A stretch of 62,639 bases of DNA, the filler included, from Asterionella formosa (lineage: Eukaryota): assembly GCA_002256025.1 (NCBI GenBank). It is 11 parts of 11 records of this genome, joined end to end, with 100 filler letters (N's around TTAATTAATTAA, not from the genome) between each part and the next. Parts side by side here need not be neighbours in the genome. Positions count along the whole stretch, not along the records: positions 57,043 to 62,639 come from NKIB01012998.1; 10 more parts are not named here. One strand, 5' to 3'. The first letter of the stretch is position 1. Each line of letters begins with the position of its first letter. Below are positions 57,255 through 62,639 of the stretch, piece after piece. A program made the translations under genes and the position numbers. The notes beneath the pieces were generated by a model. It saw only the letters and a program-made list of their open reading frames with translations. It was not told where the DNA came from and ran no database searches.

Positions 57255-60200
57255 TAAATGCCCTCATAATTTAAATAGTAACCCTTTTGACTATTTTAAT
57301 TTAATTATTATATGTATTGTTTCTTTTTGGTTCCTTTATTTAAATTTCTTGGTAGGATAATGTCTTACCAGCTAAAGTTATGTGGTTTGGCTCATCATCC
57401 TCTCCAGTCGTCACTCTGATTCTTGCAACAACGACAAATCAGACATGTTGAGAGGAACAAGTGTTTGTGATAAAATCTTCATTTGTCGTTCAAGCCATCA
57501 TATGTCTTTGATGAATCATCATCTACAGTGCACAGTATGTTCGTATGCAATCCGTTAAGAGCTTGAAAAGAAATCCAATGAAAACCAAATGGCTCATCAC
57601 ACAACACGAATATTTCCGGTCTGTCACCACCGGAGCATTGATCAGTGTTACAACCTCAATCATAGCTAAACAACATCCTTTATAGAACAGCATAATCTAC
57701 ATCTATGTTACATCGGCTCTCTAACGAGAACATAATACATTTAGAATTGAAATGCAGCATAGCAGGCGATATGCACAAAGAAGCAAGAGACTGTTTATGT
57801 TTAGTAACAGAGTGATTTTGGTTTCGTAATTTTCATTTCTCATTAGATTTCCTTTCTTGTCATCGTACTAGTTCCTTAACTTTGACGACAGGAGCGTATT
57901 CTTTGATGTATCTGGAATGTTTCAATGGATGGTAGGCAGCACTTGGGCTTAGACACAAAACTTGACAAAAGCACTAATGAAAAGCTAGACACTTTGCTTG
58001 GCCTATCAACCACCATCCAGTCTATACTGCAAAAATGCAAGAAGCACAATTTGAATGCCAATTTATAGATTCAATTTTCAGTAGCCAGTGCAATGTAAAA
58101 CATTAGAAACCGGAAGTCACATTTCATCTAATTACGGTTTTCATTAGCTATACTAGCTACTAGTATTGATTGAGAGGAAGCAATGGTAGAATGCTGCCAA
58201 ACAGGCGGGGGCAAACACAGAGAAGCCTACTAATTTTTCTCCCTAATGATCCCAGACCCTCTTGGATGTTACTTGCTACAGAAAATTGAGAGCAGCCGCC
58301 ATGATCTGTTGATTGTAGCTGTATGGTGCCCCTGACCAAAACCTCCAGAAATCTCAATGAGTTGCTTGTTTCTTGACTTGAATGCCAAAGGTATCAAACC
58401 AGTGGAAAAAGGAAAAGGAAACTAAAAATTCTCTACAAACATCGGGAAAATTGTGAAAGAGAAATGAAGGTTTCTGGGAAGAGAAATGAAGGTTTCTGGG
58501 AAGAGAAATGAAGGTTCTTGGGAGGAGAAGTAAAGGGATAATTGACACTGGTCTTGCGGGAACAAGAATGGACTGACCCAAACAATGTCCTTGACAAATA
58601 GGTACCTACCGGAAAAGGAAGCAACTCTTTCGGCATCATCAACCTATACAAAAGCCTGCGCCACCTGACTTCAATATAGCTATCTCGCTCGACTTCATCA
58701 ATGAAGAAGTCAATAGGCGGAGCATATGAGGAAAATCGGAATTTGGGGTTTTCCTGACGCCAACATGCTTGGCTGAACTTGCAGATGAAGGCATTGAGTA
58801 ACCTAGGCCTGTGCAGCCAAAGGATAAAGAAAACTGTACGACATGGGTGGTGAGATATTGTTTAAGAGCAAAAGTTATCATAGCTGAACGCATTCGAAAA
58901 TTCGTATAGAAAATTTATGGTGGCATACCATGGCTGCTCTTGGCTGACAGTTGCCAAGTCAGTGTACAAACACAACAAGGGTGCACAAAAGATGGTTTCA
59001 TTTTCATCGACTGGCTGATACATAGTTTTGAGACTCACCATTCTGCAATAGGGTGGACTTTGATCATTGCTTTGTTCGAAGCACAATCAATTCGAATGCT
59101 GGAATTGTATATATTTGAATTATGTATAATCAAATTTGATGTCAGTATACACAGGATGTGCCATATGATGAGCGTGTTTAAAATTATGCAAATGTTCAAC
59201 TATATATATACATTTCAACTTACAAATCTTTCTATGTATGTTTTCATGGCTGTAACATGATTTGAAATCATGTTTTCATGTTCCTTGTCATGCATACACT
59301 TTGCTCCTGAAATGAAGGATCATCACACATGACGACAGGGAAAACGAAAGTGATAATACAACACAATGATACTTGCGGCTTAGAAGGAGTGACTACGGAG
59401 GATGGCGGAATCAATTGATGGTAAGTCAAGAGCAAAGGCCTTTCATGTTCCTTGTCATGCATGCACTTCCTGAAATGAAGGATCTCAAGCAACACATGAT
59501 GCGAAAAGCTGAAGTGACAATACAACACAATGATACACCATTTGGCTAAGAAGGAGTGAATATGATGGAGAAGGGCGGAATCAACAAGCTGTGCATGATA
59601 CCACGTCAAGAGGAAATGGCAGGATGATCAATTGTTGGGATTACAAAAACGGAATGACTCGTCCCCTTTCAGTGATTCAATAGCTCCTTTTCGATTTGGT
59701 GGCTGGCCAACCATCAATGTGGACAAAAGAAATCTGTAAGTGCTATCATCGATCTTTGGATCAATCCACAACTGTTAGAAAAACTGACTCATGTGTGTTG
59801 CTTCTTTCAGGATAATGGTAGACAAACAGTATTTGTAAGTTACAAACAGCAGTATTGGAGCCCATTTATTGATTGATACTTTCTTATTCAATTTTCAACT
59901 GAAACATTGTTCTTTTACAGAAATATGCATCAGTTACATCCTCAATTTGTGGTAAGTGAAGATAGAAGCGAAATGCATATTGTTGTGTAAGCAAAACATG
60001 AACAGCTAACAATGAGTTGCTTTTCTTTGTCAGTATGATTGGGACAATGAAACGGATTAAATATTAATGGAAAAATGAGTGAATGCAAACTCAGATCCAT
60101 ATAGGAAAGCAGGGGAACAAGGGCAAGCAAGGCAACCGGCACTACTACAACAACCTTCAGAATTGGATTGGGGGGAAGGTAGAAGTGATAGCACCAATCA

Positions 60201-60586
60201 TTGCAATGAAAGCATTGTAGAACATCCTGTAGCCACTCAAGATATAGAAACATAGAACCATTCTTAAATCGTGTTCTAAATTTCGATCAATTTCATCCTA
60301 TTTTAGACAGTGATATCGATGAGAATCACGATCATGCTAAATTAGATTCATGACAAAAGTACACACATCATATGAACATGTTTAACTAATTATATGATGC
60401 AATGGTATTATAACTATGATAGTATCATCATACTTCAAGCTCGGTAAAAGTTTACTGCATGATCATAATTATGTGATACATTGATCATATTTTTGATCCA
60501 AAAACTATCGTACATGCAAAAATCCTGTGCCACTTAGCGTACAATACCCTTGATACTATATTCATAATGGTTTTTATTTGCAGACG
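57255..60586 (+). mobile_element. Near-complete non-autonomous CGTCTG-TIR element (about 3.3 kb) with transposase remnant (about 58520-58830)
   Basis: End-B subterminal region at left, end A (TTTTTATTTGCAGACG) at 60586; LVLREQEW...DFINEE...LTPTCLAELADEGIE*. Confidence 0.75.
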
Positions 60587-60968
60587 ATGATTGCGCAATC
60601 CATAATCGAAGGCAATGTGTGCTCTAAAAATTTATTACATTCCCTGCTGGAAAAATACTGCTGGCAGCAGTACTAGGCGGTTTGTCATAATTCAAGTTCT
60701 GGCATGACATGCAGACATTTTGGTCATAAATAGCTTGACCATACTGTGCCTGCTGTTCACCATTGAATGACTATACCACCAGAGGTATGTAGCTGTCTTG
60801 CTTGGAACATATCTCGATCCTAGCTATCTGCTGGTGTGTTTCATTGATATGTGGGTAAAATAGGGAAGGTGTCCAAGCTCAAGACTCCCTCCCCCTAAGC
60901 AAAGGGGTGAACAAGCAGCAGGAAAGGGGAGCCTCGGCTATTTGGATAGTAAAATTAGAAAGTAAATA

Positions 60969-61030
60969 GGGGAATGGCTTAGTGGTTAGCACACTTCATG
61001 AGGTGGCAGGTTCGATTCCTGCATTCTCCA
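60969..61030 (+). pseudogene. tRNA-Ala-like pseudogene or tRNA-derived element with shortened anticodon arm
   Basis: Acceptor stem GGGGAAT/ATTCTCC+A, A box TGGCTTAGTGG, T arm GCAGGTTCGATTCCTGC, downstream T run; only 62 nt. Confidence 0.65.
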
Positions 61031-62639
61031 CCTGTCGTTTTTTATGTAGTCCCTGGCTAGTAGGGTTCCGGGATGTGTGTGGCTGACAAGGAGACAGGTG
61101 CCATTGTACTGTACGTACAAATAAAACCGGTACTAATTGTGTCCATTTATTTAGGCAGCCATGAGTGAGATTCTTGGATAGCTTCAACGTTAAATTGACA
61201 ATTTTTTAAATAAAAAAGTAAATAATACCCCACCATGTTATGCAATGGTCGGTGTTGTGAGCCAATGTTTAGGCTTGATCCACCATTGCAGACCCCCCCC
61301 CCTATGCATGTTAGGAGATTGTTAACAAACCAGGGGTCGCCAATGTGTGAGAGATGGGAAGATATGGCGGGGTGGCAACAATAAAGATGTTATATGTGGA
61401 GACTGACCATTGAAAGTAGAGGCAGCAAGTACTTGGTTGGCTGGTGCAAGGATAATAATTATGTTTTAAGGTCAGGTGTTGGAACAGGAGAATGTAGAGA
61501 AGGAAGGATGAGATTCAGTGCCTCTGGTTTGACTCTTATGGGAGTGGTGAGTGTCTGTTTAAAAGTCGGTATCGATTAGTGTGTCTAGTATGGCAGAGGC
61601 GCCATCACCGTATGCACTGGCTTGTAGTCATGAGTGATGCACAGCAGGTGAAGTCTACAACAACACTGAAAGCTGGTAGCTATGAGTAATGAAAGGCTAC
61701 CAGAAAAGGCCTTTAACATCCAGCTTCTAACATCCATCATTTCAATGCGGTGCCAATTCGTGTCAACAGCATGGCTTCCTTCTGTACGAGGAGGCGACAC
61801 CCTTCTCAGAAGTATAGAGGCTCCAATGAAGATCAGGAAGCTCTCATAAACTACTGAAAGTAATTAGCTTGTATCAATCACAAAGAACGCACATGTGCTC
61901 AGTAAATTTATAACATACCTGCAATGGATACGATTGTCACGTTAAAGTAGGTTGCTTGTTTGCTTGCTGTTGTAAATTGTAAATTAGATTGTGAAATTAT
62001 GATCTTAAAGATTAGTTCATCGACATTAAAAGCTCATGGTTAATGGGATTCCTCCAAGGCTATTACTCCAAGGATGAAATCCCACAAAACTCATTACTTT
62101 GCTAGCTAGTAGTTAGTATGAAGAATCATGTTAAGAGCTGCTTAGACTCAAGGCATGCTGTGAGCTTTATCTGTACTCTATTCTTAGTAGTCGAATTCAA
62201 CCTAGCATTGCTACGTCTACTGTAGCTAGATTTAAAAATGTACCAACAATTATGACGTAGTCATATATATGTTAATCATTTTTGTAGCGCATTCTTCTTA
62301 CTAGTCTATTTCTAGATTTGCATTCATTGTTGCGCTCCGTGGCCCAGATAAGGCGGAGCGGTTGAAAGTTTTTGGTGGTAGTAACTTCCTCGAGTTGAAG
62401 TATTGGTAAAATAAATTGTGGTAGCTTCGTTCCTGGTTCAATTCTCTATGACTGCATTTCTAATGTCATCCGGAGAATGGAATGGTGAGTGTTTGTTGGG
62501 TGAAAGATTTTCTTTTTGACCCCACTCGCTCTGGTTGAGTTTTCTGGATTGGAAATACACATCATCATGATTGTTAGACAACATTGTTAGGCAGCGCTTG
62601 AATTTTCCCTATTTTGCCACTGCTTACTAGATTGCAACT

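Noticed and set aside
58455..58520. Three copies of a repeat of about 21 bp; also a duplication of about 50 bp at 13111-13230
   Set aside because: Local slippage duplications; the first is absent from the paralogous element copy.

Overview
Eukaryotic DNA, most likely a diatom (inferred from GT-AG introns, TTAGGG telomere, CoDi-like copia and diatom-type LRR/FAS1 proteins). The window is not one locus. It is eleven size-sorted contigs of about 5.6 kb joined by artificial 100-nt N44-TTAATTAATTAA-N44 linkers, so no synteny can be read across gaps. Host genes: a 4-exon alpha/beta-hydrolase, a secreted FKBP, a type II membrane fasciclin, Vps54, a basic-repeat orphan and three related LRR surface proteins. 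The rest is mostly decayed, nested transposons: pogo/Tigger, copia, gypsy, PIF/Harbinger, Kolobok with KolX, and an unclassified family with CGTCTG termini. The most notable contig (34242-39844) appears to be a chromosome end. It carries a secreted LRR + chitin-binding gene, interstitial TTAGGG tracts, a type I hammerhead ribozyme and a 5'-truncated, endonuclease-less Penelope-like RT capped by telomeric repeats. The LRR genes have 72-nt repeats that alternate near-constant and hypervariable blocks and have interchangeable N- and C-terminal modules, which suggests a diversifying receptor family. All family assignments come from motif recognition by eye, not database searches.
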